Shown here piece by piece: positions 27,535 to 36,409 of a stretch of 54,982 nucleotides of DNA; positions within the stretch are counted from its first letter, which is position 1; every line of letters starts with the position of its first letter. The notes beneath the pieces were generated by a model. That model saw only the letters and a list, made by a program, of their open reading frames with translations, was not told the origin of the DNA and made no database searches. This stretch comes from Eubacteriales bacterium (GTDB taxonomy: Bacteria > Bacillota > Clostridia > Oscillospirales > UBA644), in NCBI GenBank assembly GCA_045652445.1, contig JAZRUJ010000067.1:1-54982 (forward strand), in the 5' to 3' direction. Both the position numbers and the translations under genes were made by a program.

Positions 27535-27566
27535 TTGTTTGAAATCAAAAGATGGATTCCTTTTTT
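27532..27566 (+). terminator. distinct hairpin plus T-run after the last repeat core
   Basis: CCAT-tg-TTTGA-aa-TCAAA-ag-ATGG, then ATTCC and TTTTTT. Confidence 0.55.
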
Positions 27567-27585
27567 ATTCCCAAATAGTTTCCTC

Positions 27586-27614
27586 TTGCATTTTTTATAA
27601 AAATATGGTATGAT
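27586..27614 (+). promoter_or_regulatory. sigma-70 type promoter (extended -10)
   Basis: TTGCAT (27586-27591), 17-nt spacer, TGgTATGAT (27606-27614). Confidence 0.7.
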
Positions 27615-27655
27615 ATAAGATATATGGTTAAACCATTGTTGAAAGGAGTCAGTTC

Positions 27656-28390
27656 ATGGAATTTAGCGTGAATCATCCGATTCTGTTCGTCCTTGTGGGT
27701 ATCATTGTGGCGGCAGTTTTGGGGCAATCAATCTTCTTTTTGGTCAAGGCCTGGAAACGGGGCGTTGCCATTGGAATGGACAAGAAAAAACTGCGGAGCA
27801 TTGCGGTAACGGCGGGGGTTTTTACCATCGCACCGGCGGTTGCCATCGTCATCAGTGTTATCGCTCTTTCGAAAAAATTGGGGCTGGCACTCCCTTGGCT
27901 GCGGTTGAGCGTGGTAGGCTCCCTGTCTTATGAAGCCATTGCGGCGGAAAATACGTCTCTTGCCATGGGACTTTCCGGAAGCACTGCTCCCAATGCTTCT
28001 CAATTTGTTACCATTGTTTTAGTTATGACCCTGTCGATTATGGTGGGGATTTGGCTGGTTCCCGTAATCTGCAAACGATTGCAAAACGGCATGGGAAAGT
28101 TGGAACAGCGGGATAAAAAATGGGCGGACGTTTTTCAATCCGCCATGTTTATCGGTATGATTGCCGCTTTTGTAGGGTTTGTGTTCTGCGATGTTTCCGG
28201 GGCTTTTTCCGGAAAATTGGAAGGGCTGATTCCCGTATTGGTTATGGCGGTTTCCGCGGTGGTTATGGCAGTTTGCGGACTTGTGGCAACCAAATTTAAA
28301 AAGATTCATTGGATTGCCGACTATGCTCTGCCCGTGTCTCTTTTGGTGGGTATGGCTAGTGCGATTCCCATCACCGAATGGTTGTCGTAA
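27656..28390 (+). CDS. polytopic membrane protein, DUF5058-like
   Basis: 244 aa with about 6 TM segments. The motif LPWLRLSVVGSLSYE matches my recollection of DUF5058. AAGGAG RBS. Confidence 0.6.
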   Translation: MEFSVNHPILFVLVGIIVAAVLGQSIFFLVKAWKRGVAIGMDKKKLRSIAVTAGVFTIAPAVAIVISVIALSKKLGLALPWLRLSVVGSLSYEAIAAENTSLAMGLSGSTAPNASQFVTIVLVMTLSIMVGIWLVPVICKRLQNGMGKLEQRDKKWADVFQSAMFIGMIAAFVGFVFCDVSGAFSGKLEGLIPVLVMAVSAVVMAVCGLVATKFKKIHWIADYALPVSLLVGMASAIPITEWLS

Positions 28391-28403
28391 GGAGGGATAG
28401 ACG

Positions 28404-29069
28404 ATGAAAAAACCGTTAACTTATATGGATCAAGTTCACCGTTGGGGACGGATCTGGAATCTGTCCATGATGGTTATTTTGTTGGCGTTTCCGGTGGCGG
28501 TTGCCCTGATTTTCCGAGCAACTCCCGATTGGAACGGATTTTGGAAAGGCTTACTTGCCACGGCTCCCATGTATTGGGCGGTAGGGGTGATTGAAACCAT
28601 TACCTTTATCCCCATGTTAGGTGCGGGCGGTTCCTATTTGTCCTTCGTTACGGGGAATATTTCCAACCTGAAATTGCCCTGTGCCTTGAATGCGTTGGAA
28701 CAGGCGAAGGTAAAGGCAAACTCGGAGGAGGGGGAAGTGGTTTCCACCATCGCCATTGCGGTGTCCTCCATTGTGACTACGTTGATTGTCATTCTGGGCG
28801 TGGTTTTGATTGTTCCCTTGTCTCCGGTATTGGCATCTCCCGTACTGACTCCCGCTTTTGACCAGATGATTCCCGCTCTGTTCGGGGGATTGGGCGTTGT
28901 TTTCGTTTCTCGAAACTGGAAACTTGCCGTAGCTCCCGTGGCATTGATGCTGATTCTCTTTATCGCCGTTCCTGCCCTGAATGCGGATACGGTGGGGATT
29001 ATGGTCCCGGTAAGCGTGGTTTTCACCCTGATTATCAGCCGAATCATGTATAAGAAAAATTGGTTGTAA
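28404..29069 (+). CDS. polytopic membrane protein, uncharacterised
   Basis: 221 aa with about 5-6 TM segments. 13 nt downstream of the previous gene, with a GGAGGG RBS. Likely a partner subunit. Confidence 0.6.
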   Translation: MKKPLTYMDQVHRWGRIWNLSMMVILLAFPVAVALIFRATPDWNGFWKGLLATAPMYWAVGVIETITFIPMLGAGGSYLSFVTGNISNLKLPCALNALEQAKVKANSEEGEVVSTIAIAVSSIVTTLIVILGVVLIVPLSPVLASPVLTPAFDQMIPALFGGLGVVFVSRNWKLAVAPVALMLILFIAVPALNADTVGIMVPVSVVFTLIISRIMYKKNWL

Positions 29070-29088
29070 GAGAAGGGCTGGGTAAGTT

Positions 29089-30525
29089 ATGATTGCTCTT
29101 TATATTGTTTTGGGATTGATTGCCTTGTTCTTGGCGGTCATTCTCCTTCGGGCGGCGATGTTCCGCCCCAAGACCATGCCGGTGACCGAAGCGGAACCGG
29201 TGGAATTTGACGGCGATAAGGCTGTTTCGGCTCTGCAACAATTGGTACGTTGCAAAACAATTTCTTATTACGATTCCTCCTTAGAAGACGACGAAGAATT
29301 TGAAAAGTTGATTGGGCTTTTGCCGGAATTGTACCCCAACGTATTCCAAACTTGCTCCTTTGACCGTCTCCCCGACCGGGCGTTGCTCTTTTGCTGGAAA
29401 GGAAAATCTTCCGCCCACCCCTCGGTAATGATGGCACACTACGACGTGGTACCGGTCAACGAAGACCATTGGGACAAAGATCCCTTCTGCGGCGATATTG
29501 AAGAGGGCGTTATGTGGGGCAGAGGGACGTTGGATACAAAAGTAACCATGAACGGCGTTCTATCGGCGGCGGACACCCTGATCGCCGGCGGTTTTGTCCC
29601 GGAAAACGATCTGTATTTTGCCTTTTCCGGAGGCGAAGAAGTCAACGGCAAAGGGGCCTCCAACATTGTGGATTGGTTTGAAGAACGCAAAATTGACCTG
29701 GGGCTTGTGGTGGACGAGGGGGGCGGCGTTGTGGAAAACGTGTTCCCCGGAGTAAAAGCACCCTGCGGCGTTGTGGGGATCGCAGAAAAGGGCATGATGA
29801 ATGCCATTTTCACCGTCAAATCCCAAGGAGGACACGCCTCGGCTCCCAAACCCCATACGCCGGTAGGGATTCTCTCCCGGGCTTGCTGCAAATTGGAAGC
29901 AAATCCCTTTCCTATGCACGTGACCAAGCCGGCGGCGGAAATGTTTGACACCCTGGGACGGCACTCTACCTTTTTGTATAAGATTATCTTTGCAAACTTC
30001 GGAATTTTCCAGGGGATTTTGGATTTGTTGGGACGAAAGACCGGCGGAGAGATCAACGCACTTCTTCGCACCACCGTTGCTTTTACCCAAATGGAAGGCA
30101 GTACCGCCCCCAACGTAATTCCGCCCCAAGCCACCATGGTTGCCAATCTGCGGTTGAATCCCGCGGATACGGTAGATTCTGCAAAGGCACGGTTGGAAAA
30201 GGTGATTGACGACGAAAACGTCGTGGTCACCGTAGGAAGCCATATGAATCCCAGCCGCATTTCCCAAACCGATTGCGAGGCTTGGAAGAAAGTGGAAAAA
30301 GCCGTGGCGGAAACCTGGACGGGGTGCTTGGTCGCTCCCTATTTGATGGTACAATGCTCCGACTGTCGCCATTACGGACGGATCTCCGATAAAGTGTATC
30401 GGTTCTCTGCCATGGATCTGACGGCGGAAGAACGTGCCACCATTCACGGAAACAACGAACGGATTCGCCTGGACGCCGTGAAACGGGCGGTAGAATTTTA
30501 TCTGCGTCTGATGAAACAATGCTAA
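29089..30525 (+). CDS. M20 family metallopeptidase (carboxypeptidase-like) with N-terminal membrane anchor
   Basis: 478 aa. N-terminal TM IALYIVLGLIALFLAVILL, then M20 motifs MMAHYDVVPV, WGRGTLDTK and GGEEV. Confidence 0.82.
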   Translation: MIALYIVLGLIALFLAVILLRAAMFRPKTMPVTEAEPVEFDGDKAVSALQQLVRCKTISYYDSSLEDDEEFEKLIGLLPELYPNVFQTCSFDRLPDRALLFCWKGKSSAHPSVMMAHYDVVPVNEDHWDKDPFCGDIEEGVMWGRGTLDTKVTMNGVLSAADTLIAGGFVPENDLYFAFSGGEEVNGKGASNIVDWFEERKIDLGLVVDEGGGVVENVFPGVKAPCGVVGIAEKGMMNAIFTVKSQGGHASAPKPHTPVGILSRACCKLEANPFPMHVTKPAAEMFDTLGRHSTFLYKIIFANFGIFQGILDLLGRKTGGEINALLRTTVAFTQMEGSTAPNVIPPQATMVANLRLNPADTVDSAKARLEKVIDDENVVVTVGSHMNPSRISQTDCEAWKKVEKAVAETWTGCLVAPYLMVQCSDCRHYGRISDKVYRFSAMDLTAEERATIHGNNERIRLDAVKRAVEFYLRLMKQC

Positions 30526-30531
30526 AATAAA

Positions 30532-30562
30532 AACCGGAAACAGAATTTGTTTCCGGTTTTTT
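30532..30562. terminator. bidirectional intrinsic terminator
   Basis: AACCGGAAAC-7nt-GTTTCCGGTT followed by TTTT, with an A-run on the other side. Confidence 0.8.
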
Positions 30563-30573
30563 GTTGTCTTAAC

Positions 30574-31824
30574 TTATTGCAATTCTGCCAACATGGATTC
30601 TGCCCAATCGCCGTTTTCAAAGACTTTCACGCGGGTTCCGTCGCCCCGAATCCCGGTGATGGTCATATCGTCGGCTCCGATCATGAAATCCACGTGAATC
30701 AAAGAATCGTTGATCCCACGGTCGGTCAGTTCTTTGCGGGTCATTTTGTCGAATCCGGGGTAGAGATTGGTAAAGCCCGAACCCAACGCCACGTGACAAG
30801 AAGCGTTTTCGTCAAACAGGGTATTGTAGAACAAGATTCCCGATTGATTGATGGGAGAAGATTTGGGTACCAATGCCAATTCTCCCAGCATTTTCGCTCC
30901 CTCGTCCATGCTCATCAACTGATCCAGCATCGCCTGACCTTTTTCCGCTTCCCAGGAAACGGCTTTGCCTTGGTCGAAGGTGATGGAGAAGTTTTCAATC
31001 AACTGACCATTATAGGACAGAGGCTTGGTGGAGACCAATTTCCCGGAAGCGGCACCCGCTTTGGGAGAGGTGAAAATTTCTTCTGTGGGAAGATTGGGGT
31101 TAAAGAAATGTCCGTTCAAAAAGGCTTCGCCCCCGCCCATCCATTGTACCCCGGGAATCAACCCGGCGATAAAGTTGGTGCCGTTGGAAGAGGTATATTC
31201 CATGGCGGTAAAGGCGTTTTTGTTCAGCCAATCACATTTGGCACGGAAGGCTTCGTTGATCTTTTTCCATTCTTTCACCGGATCGGTATCGGCGGAAACG
31301 TGAACCGATTTGAGAATGGCATCCCACAGTTTTTCCACAGCGGCTCCCGCGGTCAGGTCGGGGAAAATTTTCTTTGCCCACGCCTTGGAAGGTACTGCGG
31401 CAATGGTCCAAGCATGGCGGTTGTCCATCTGATCCCGATAGGGTTTGAACACCTTGACCCGGGCAGACTGAACGGCACGGATCTTTTCTTGGCTGATGCC
31501 CCGCAACAGGTCGGGGTCGGAAGAATCCAGGAAGATCCGGCAGGGTAAACGTTCCGCCATATCCTTTGCTTTTTCCTTTTCCCAACGGGCAACTTCCGCC
31601 ATTACGTCGGTCATACGATGGGTATAATGCAGCCGGGTGATTTCATCGTGGCTCCATTCCACCGAAACGTGGGAAGCACCGCAACGATAGGCTTCTTTTA
31701 CCACTTCCGTAGCAAGATCGGCGTGTTCCACCGCGGAATAAAGAACCACCCGGTTTCCCCGCTGAACGTTGGCACCCACCCGAACCACCAGCCGGGCGTA
31801 TTTTTTCAACATCGTTTTATTCAT
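30574..31824 (-). CDS. M29 family aminopeptidase (AmpS/PepS-like)
   Basis: 416 aa. LKKYARLVVRVGANVQRGNRVVL and the overall layout are typical of thermophilic-metalloprotease M29 enzymes. Confidence 0.82.
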   Translation of the reverse strand: MNKTMLKKYARLVVRVGANVQRGNRVVLYSAVEHADLATEVVKEAYRCGASHVSVEWSHDEITRLHYTHRMTDVMAEVARWEKEKAKDMAERLPCRIFLDSSDPDLLRGISQEKIRAVQSARVKVFKPYRDQMDNRHAWTIAAVPSKAWAKKIFPDLTAGAAVEKLWDAILKSVHVSADTDPVKEWKKINEAFRAKCDWLNKNAFTAMEYTSSNGTNFIAGLIPGVQWMGGGEAFLNGHFFNPNLPTEEIFTSPKAGAASGKLVSTKPLSYNGQLIENFSITFDQGKAVSWEAEKGQAMLDQLMSMDEGAKMLGELALVPKSSPINQSGILFYNTLFDENASCHVALGSGFTNLYPGFDKMTRKELTDRGINDSLIHVDFMIGADDMTITGIRGDGTRVKVFENGDWAESMLAELQ

Positions 31825-31839
31825 TGTAAATCCCTCCTG

Positions 31840-33120
31840 TTAATTCCACAAAATCCCGTCTTCCGACAGGGTAAAATCTGCTTGATAAAAAGCCGTAATT
31901 GCTTGTACCATCCAAGCAACGTCCCGGCTTCCCGCCGTTTCCCGGGCGGAATGCATGGCAAGCTGAGCAAGACCGATATCTACGCCCCGAACCGGAACTT
32001 GTGCTTCGGACAGATTGCCCAAGGTACTGCCGCCCCGCTTGTCGGAACGGTTGCAATAAACTTGGGTGGGAACTCCGGCTTTATTACAAATTTCTCCAAA
32101 CACCGCCCCGGAAAAACCGTCGGACATATACCGCTGGGACGCGTTGTACTTGATCACGACGCCGCCGTTCATTACGGGAGCGGAAGCACCGTCGTACAAT
32201 TCGGGATGGTTGGGGTGCAACGCGTGGGCGTTGTCCGCCGAGACGAAAAACGACCGAGCCAAGGCACTTTGCAAAATTCCCTCATCGGGCAAGATCTTGG
32301 AAAGCACGTCTTTCAGCAACGTTCCCGAAGCCCCGGCATAGGAAAGAGAGCCGGTTTCTTCATTGTCAAACAGAGCAAAGACAGGAATCACGTTTGCGGG
32401 AGTTTTTGCCGTCAAAAAGCCTTCCAAACAGGTATAAACGCATTCCAAATCGTCCAGACGGGGAGAAGTGATAAACTCCCCTTTTTGCCCGAACACAAAA
32501 CCTTTGTCGGGAGCCACGAGAGACAGATCCCAGCCCACAAGGGCAGAGGATTCTACGCCCAATTCCTGGGCAATCATGCCAGCGAAATCACTTTCACTTT
32601 CCCCGAACAAGGGAACAAGGTCACATTTGGGATCCAGGGTCAACCCGTCGTTCATGGGACGGAGATGGGGAGCCGTATTGGGAATGACCGCCACAGGACG
32701 GTCAAGATAAAGCAGTTTTGCACAAATCCCTTCGTCGGTGCGAACCATGACCCGCCCCGCAAGTCCCAGGGGAACGTCCATCCAGGTGGACAAAATGCTT
32801 CCCCCGTAGGGTTCGGTGTTCAGACGGGTCACCGTTCCCTTCAAAACTCCGCCGGGCTTGAGCCGGAAACAGGGAGAATCCCCATGAGCAGCGGTGATAC
32901 GGAAACAAACGGAAGCCGGATCGATGGTTTCGGGAATCCGGCATGCAATCAGGGCAGAGCCGTTGCGAACCGTGTACCAATTTCCCCCGCAGACCGGCAT
33001 AGGATTCGTCTGTAAAGCATGGGAAAATCCGGCGTTTTCCAGCATAGCCGCCACGTTATCGGCACAATGCCAGGGCGTAGGGGTGCGGTGAATCAGGTCC
33101 AAAAGTGTTTCTACGTTCAT
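31840..33120 (-). CDS. M18 family aminopeptidase
   Basis: 426 aa. TPWHCADNVAAMLENAGF, SPRLDDLECVY, FDNEETGS and MHSARE are typical M18 (aspartyl aminopeptidase-like) motifs. Confidence 0.85.
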   Translation of the reverse strand: MNVETLLDLIHRTPTPWHCADNVAAMLENAGFSHALQTNPMPVCGGNWYTVRNGSALIACRIPETIDPASVCFRITAAHGDSPCFRLKPGGVLKGTVTRLNTEPYGGSILSTWMDVPLGLAGRVMVRTDEGICAKLLYLDRPVAVIPNTAPHLRPMNDGLTLDPKCDLVPLFGESESDFAGMIAQELGVESSALVGWDLSLVAPDKGFVFGQKGEFITSPRLDDLECVYTCLEGFLTAKTPANVIPVFALFDNEETGSLSYAGASGTLLKDVLSKILPDEGILQSALARSFFVSADNAHALHPNHPELYDGASAPVMNGGVVIKYNASQRYMSDGFSGAVFGEICNKAGVPTQVYCNRSDKRGGSTLGNLSEAQVPVRGVDIGLAQLAMHSARETAGSRDVAWMVQAITAFYQADFTLSEDGILWN

Positions 33121-33135
33121 AGGAAAAAACCTCTC

Positions 33136-33681
33136 TTAATAATCAAACTTGTTTTTCCGGAGCCGACGGAGATAGGCAAAGGTTTCTTTTTCCCCCTGCT
33201 CCGCCAACATTACAAGCCAGGATTCCAGCAGGTCCGACGTTTGGGGGTCGATGACCCGGTTGGGCTTTGCTCGAAGAAAATAGTCCAAAGGATGCCGGTC
33301 GGTATAATTTTTACCTTGGTAAATCTTACTTGCCGCCACCCGGTCGCAAAACATTTCAAGAACGAACACAAAAGGCATTTTTACCGGCTCTCTGCGATGC
33401 GTTTGGGGGTTGTAATCGTACCAATATTCAAAGTGATGGCGGTTGCGTCCCTGATGGTGAAGCCATGCCAAGGAGTACCCCTTTTCCGCCCGGGCCTTTT
33501 CATTGGGAGAGCGAGTGCCTAACCAATTGTTTGCACCCTCCGAAAATTCCGTAGGGGTGTATTTGGACAGATCGTGCATCAATCCCCGCCAGATAATTCC
33601 CGCCTTAAAACAGTGGCCAATCACCTGATGGCGATGCTTTGTGATGGTATTGAAATGTTTGATGGCACCTGAAAGTTTCAT
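33136..33681 (-). CDS. conserved hypothetical protein with HDxSK motif (DUF5662-like)
   Basis: 181 aa. KHRHQVIGHCFKAGIIWRGLMHDLSKYTPTEF suggests an HD-like metal site. The family name is recalled, not verified. Confidence 0.5.
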   Translation of the reverse strand: MKLSGAIKHFNTITKHRHQVIGHCFKAGIIWRGLMHDLSKYTPTEFSEGANNWLGTRSPNEKARAEKGYSLAWLHHQGRNRHHFEYWYDYNPQTHRREPVKMPFVFVLEMFCDRVAASKIYQGKNYTDRHPLDYFLRAKPNRVIDPQTSDLLESWLVMLAEQGEKETFAYLRRLRKNKFDY

Positions 33682-33699
33682 AGAATTTTCCTTTGTCTG

Positions 33700-34428
33700 T
33701 TAGTTTTTATTTGGGGAATAGGGCAAATCGTAACTTTCCCCGTGGGGCATATGAACCCGCAACGTCAAGGGGTCGGCAGACGACAAATATGCTGCAAAAT
33801 CCTTGCCGTCCTGCACCCATTCCGGCACGTAAATCCCGCATTGAGGACGGTAGGGAACGTCGGCGTGGTAGTCTCCCCCGCAAGTGAGGATCTTGCCGTT
33901 TCGTTTGGCAATTTCATGCATCTCGTCCACATAAGGACCGCCATAATGAGAATGGGGGTGACAAGAAATTTCCACCCCGTCCAAATACTTCAGATCCTGA
34001 AGTCGAGGCGTGACTCGATAGGGATGTGCCTGAACAAGGATTCCCCCGGCGGCATGAACCTTTTGATAGATACGTTCCAACGGCTCGTAACAAATGCGAA
34101 GATTGTCAAAAATAAACGACTCGTCGACTCCGTAAACCAATAAATGCACCGAAGTATCCCATTCCGCCGTCAGTTCCAGCCCGTAAAAAACCCGAAAGCC
34201 CACGGAATCTCCGTATCCCTTCACTTTGCGGTATTCTTCCACGTACCGTTTCGCAAAACATTCCAAGGTGGGATATTTTTCTCCCCCCACGTATCCCATA
34301 TGATAGTGGTTGGTCAGAACAAAGCCGTCTACTCCGGCGGCTTTCGCCCGGTTGACCCCTTCTTCTCCCGAGATTCTACAGCAATTGCTAATCCCCGAGG
34401 AATGGGCGTGACCGTCCATTAGTATCAT
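33700..34428 (-). CDS. PHP-domain metal-dependent phosphoesterase
   Basis: MILMDGHAHSSGIS start (HxH), with later conserved His/Asp residues (AHPYR, GGDYH). Confidence 0.78.
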   Translation of the reverse strand: MILMDGHAHSSGISNCCRISGEEGVNRAKAAGVDGFVLTNHYHMGYVGGEKYPTLECFAKRYVEEYRKVKGYGDSVGFRVFYGLELTAEWDTSVHLLVYGVDESFIFDNLRICYEPLERIYQKVHAAGGILVQAHPYRVTPRLQDLKYLDGVEISCHPHSHYGGPYVDEMHEIAKRNGKILTCGGDYHADVPYRPQCGIYVPEWVQDGKDFAAYLSSADPLTLRVHMPHGESYDLPYSPNKN

Positions 34429-34466
34429 AGCCCCATCTCCTTACAACAAAACTTCTTCCGGCCTCT

Positions 34467-35348
34467 TTACGGGACGATTACGTAACCGGGATTGTCTGCG
34501 TCTTCCCCTGGCACGGTTTTCAGTTTTTCCGCCTTTCCCAGGGTGATGGCTCCGCCGTTTTTGGGAATTTTGGTCACTTCCCGATACAGGGAAACTTCCA
34601 GGACAACGCCCCAATCGTTAAAGAGAGGGTTGAGATAATACACCGTGTAGGTATACTCGTTCTCCGTTTCTTCGATTTTGGAAGACAACACTTTCAATCC
34701 GCTGATATTAAACCAACGGGAATAGTACCAATAATCCATGACCCGCTTGGCAACGCCCTTGGAAAGTGCCCCCACCGTACCGGATTTGTCCCGGTATACG
34801 GAGAGATAGTCGGTATCAAAAACCGTTGGTTTGAAACAAACCACCTTTTGTTCGTAGTCCTGTTCCGTACTGTCCTTGACTCCCCGGCGGACGTAAAGAC
34901 CGAAGTACAGTTCCGTCTCCACAAGAACCACACATTCTTTCACTTCTTCGGTGGCGGTGGTAAAATAAGCGGTGGTATTGGCGACGGCTTGTTGGGGCGT
35001 TTCCGCAGACGTCATAATCTTTCCATACCCCTCCAAAACTTCCGGGATAAGACGATAGGGGAATTTCTCCCCCATGTTGTGATAATACAGAAGCGTACTG
35101 TCGGGCAGAGATTCGTTGACTTCCCCCAAAGAATCGGTGGTTGCACCGAAATCGTGAACGAAGGGAACGCTCCCCTCGTTGGTTTGGGCATCGGTATCCG
35201 ATCCGGATTGGGAATCGGTCACAGTGTCGGTTTGTGGACGGTCAGAATCCGAAAAAACGTGGGAATCGGTCCCCGGATCCGGCAAAGGAGCACAGGCAGA
35301 GAAGGTCAAACTGACCAGCAACAGTCCTACGAGAATTCGTTTTTTCAT
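34467..35348 (-). CDS. hypothetical lipoprotein
   Basis: MKKRILVGLLLVSLTFSAC lipobox, then an Asp/Ser/Thr-rich linker. No family recognised. Confidence 0.6.
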   Translation of the reverse strand: MKKRILVGLLLVSLTFSACAPLPDPGTDSHVFSDSDRPQTDTVTDSQSGSDTDAQTNEGSVPFVHDFGATTDSLGEVNESLPDSTLLYYHNMGEKFPYRLIPEVLEGYGKIMTSAETPQQAVANTTAYFTTATEEVKECVVLVETELYFGLYVRRGVKDSTEQDYEQKVVCFKPTVFDTDYLSVYRDKSGTVGALSKGVAKRVMDYWYYSRWFNISGLKVLSSKIEETENEYTYTVYYLNPLFNDWGVVLEVSLYREVTKIPKNGGAITLGKAEKLKTVPGEDADNPGYVIVP

Positions 35349-35369
35349 ACAAGTACTCCTCTCAAAAAT

Positions 35370-35582
35370 TCAATGATTTTCATCCCCGGGATTCATCCAA
35401 TGCCTGTTGCAGCATCTGGGGATATCGGTCATAATGCAGTCACAACCCAGTTCCATGAGCATCCGCATTTCGTCGGCGTCGTTGATCGTCCAATATTGCA
35501 CCGCAATATTCCGGCGGTGGAAACGGGACAGAATGGGTCTCAACGTCAAGGGCAAGTCAACCCCGGCAACGTCGTATTCCAA
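35370..35582 (-). pseudogene. C-terminal remnant of a glycerophosphodiester phosphodiesterase (GDPD) gene
   Basis: IAVQYWTINDADEMRMLMELGCDCIMTDIP matches the GDPD C-terminal strand-helix. The roughly 170 N-terminal residues of the TIM barrel are absent. Only 55 nt separate it from the next gene. Confidence 0.55.
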
Positions 35583-35637
35583 AGGAATTTGCAGACAGAC
35601 GAAATCGTTAAAACATGGAGTTGTTCCCTTATCTTTT

Positions 35638-35937
35638 TTATTGTCTTTCTTTATTTTTACAATGCTTTGAAATGGCTTTTACAATCCCCCAAACACCCCA
35701 ACAAACACCGCAACATACGGAAAATGCAAAGGCGAGAAGGGCAAGCAACAGGCACCCCAAGGCAGTCCACCCCTCCGTCAAGGGAACGAAAATCAAAAAC
35801 CCAACCCCGGCACAGAAAAAAACTGCCACGGGCAAGAGGCGTATCCACAACCGCTTTCCGAGAAAACATAACAACAGCTGTAAAACCGATACGACGGCGA
35901 AAATCCCCATTAAAACGAGATTGTCAACAGAGAACAT
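35638..35937 (-). CDS. small membrane protein (3 TM)
   Basis: 99-aa hydrophobic protein with a Cys-rich third helix. Overlaps the upstream gene end by 14 nt. Confidence 0.5.
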   Translation of the reverse strand: MFSVDNLVLMGIFAVVSVLQLLLCFLGKRLWIRLLPVAVFFCAGVGFLIFVPLTEGWTALGCLLLALLAFAFSVCCGVCWGVWGIVKAISKHCKNKERQ

Positions 35938-36409
35938 TTCCGAACTCCTTTCCCAACCGGTTTTTGATGAATTCTATTTTTTCAACGTCTTGTTTTTCTT
36001 TTACGTTCAACCGATATCCGTCTTTTGCCGAGGCGGAATAAACGCACAAATACTGCGACAGCGATAACAGTTTAAAGGATACTCCCTCCTCATCCACCGT
36101 AGCAATTGCGTCCATGGAAATTCCCGCAAAGGGTTCCAATTCTTCCAGAGAAGCATAGGAATATCGAAACCCGTTCTTTTCAAAGGTATGCTCGTGCAGA
36201 TCTGTCAGGCGATATCCCTTGTCCTCAAGGGTTTTCCGAAACTCCACCCACTGTTCCTGAAGAAACCTTTGGGGGATCAAAATATCAATGTCGTCCGCAT
36301 AAAACTTGTGTCCGGTCAAATATTCCAAACCCAAAGAACCGTACAAAAGAGGCGTTATGGAAAAAGACTCTCCCAACAACGCGGCGTTTTCCAAAAAGGC
36401 TTGTATCAT
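35924..36409 (-). CDS. nucleotidyltransferase-fold protein (Pol-beta superfamily)
   Basis: LLYGSLGLEYL...ADDIDILI fits the GS-x-n-DxD NTase motif. The ATG at 36409 forms an ATGA overlap with the rlmD stop. Confidence 0.55.
   Translation of the reverse strand: MIQAFLENAALLGESFSITPLLYGSLGLEYLTGHKFYADDIDILIPQRFLQEQWVEFRKTLEDKGYRLTDLHEHTFEKNGFRYSYASLEELEPFAGISMDAIATVDEEGVSFKLLSLSQYLCVYSASAKDGYRLNVKEKQDVEKIEFIKNRLGKEFGNVLC

Noticed and set aside
27097-27600. Small ORFs inside the repeat array, e.g. 27193-27462 minus strand, encoding the repeated peptide FFAQKNGFAVTNPKFYKK
   Set aside because: The peptide repetition is simply the DNA repeat read in frame. The ORFs cross terminator hairpins and T-runs and lack an RBS.
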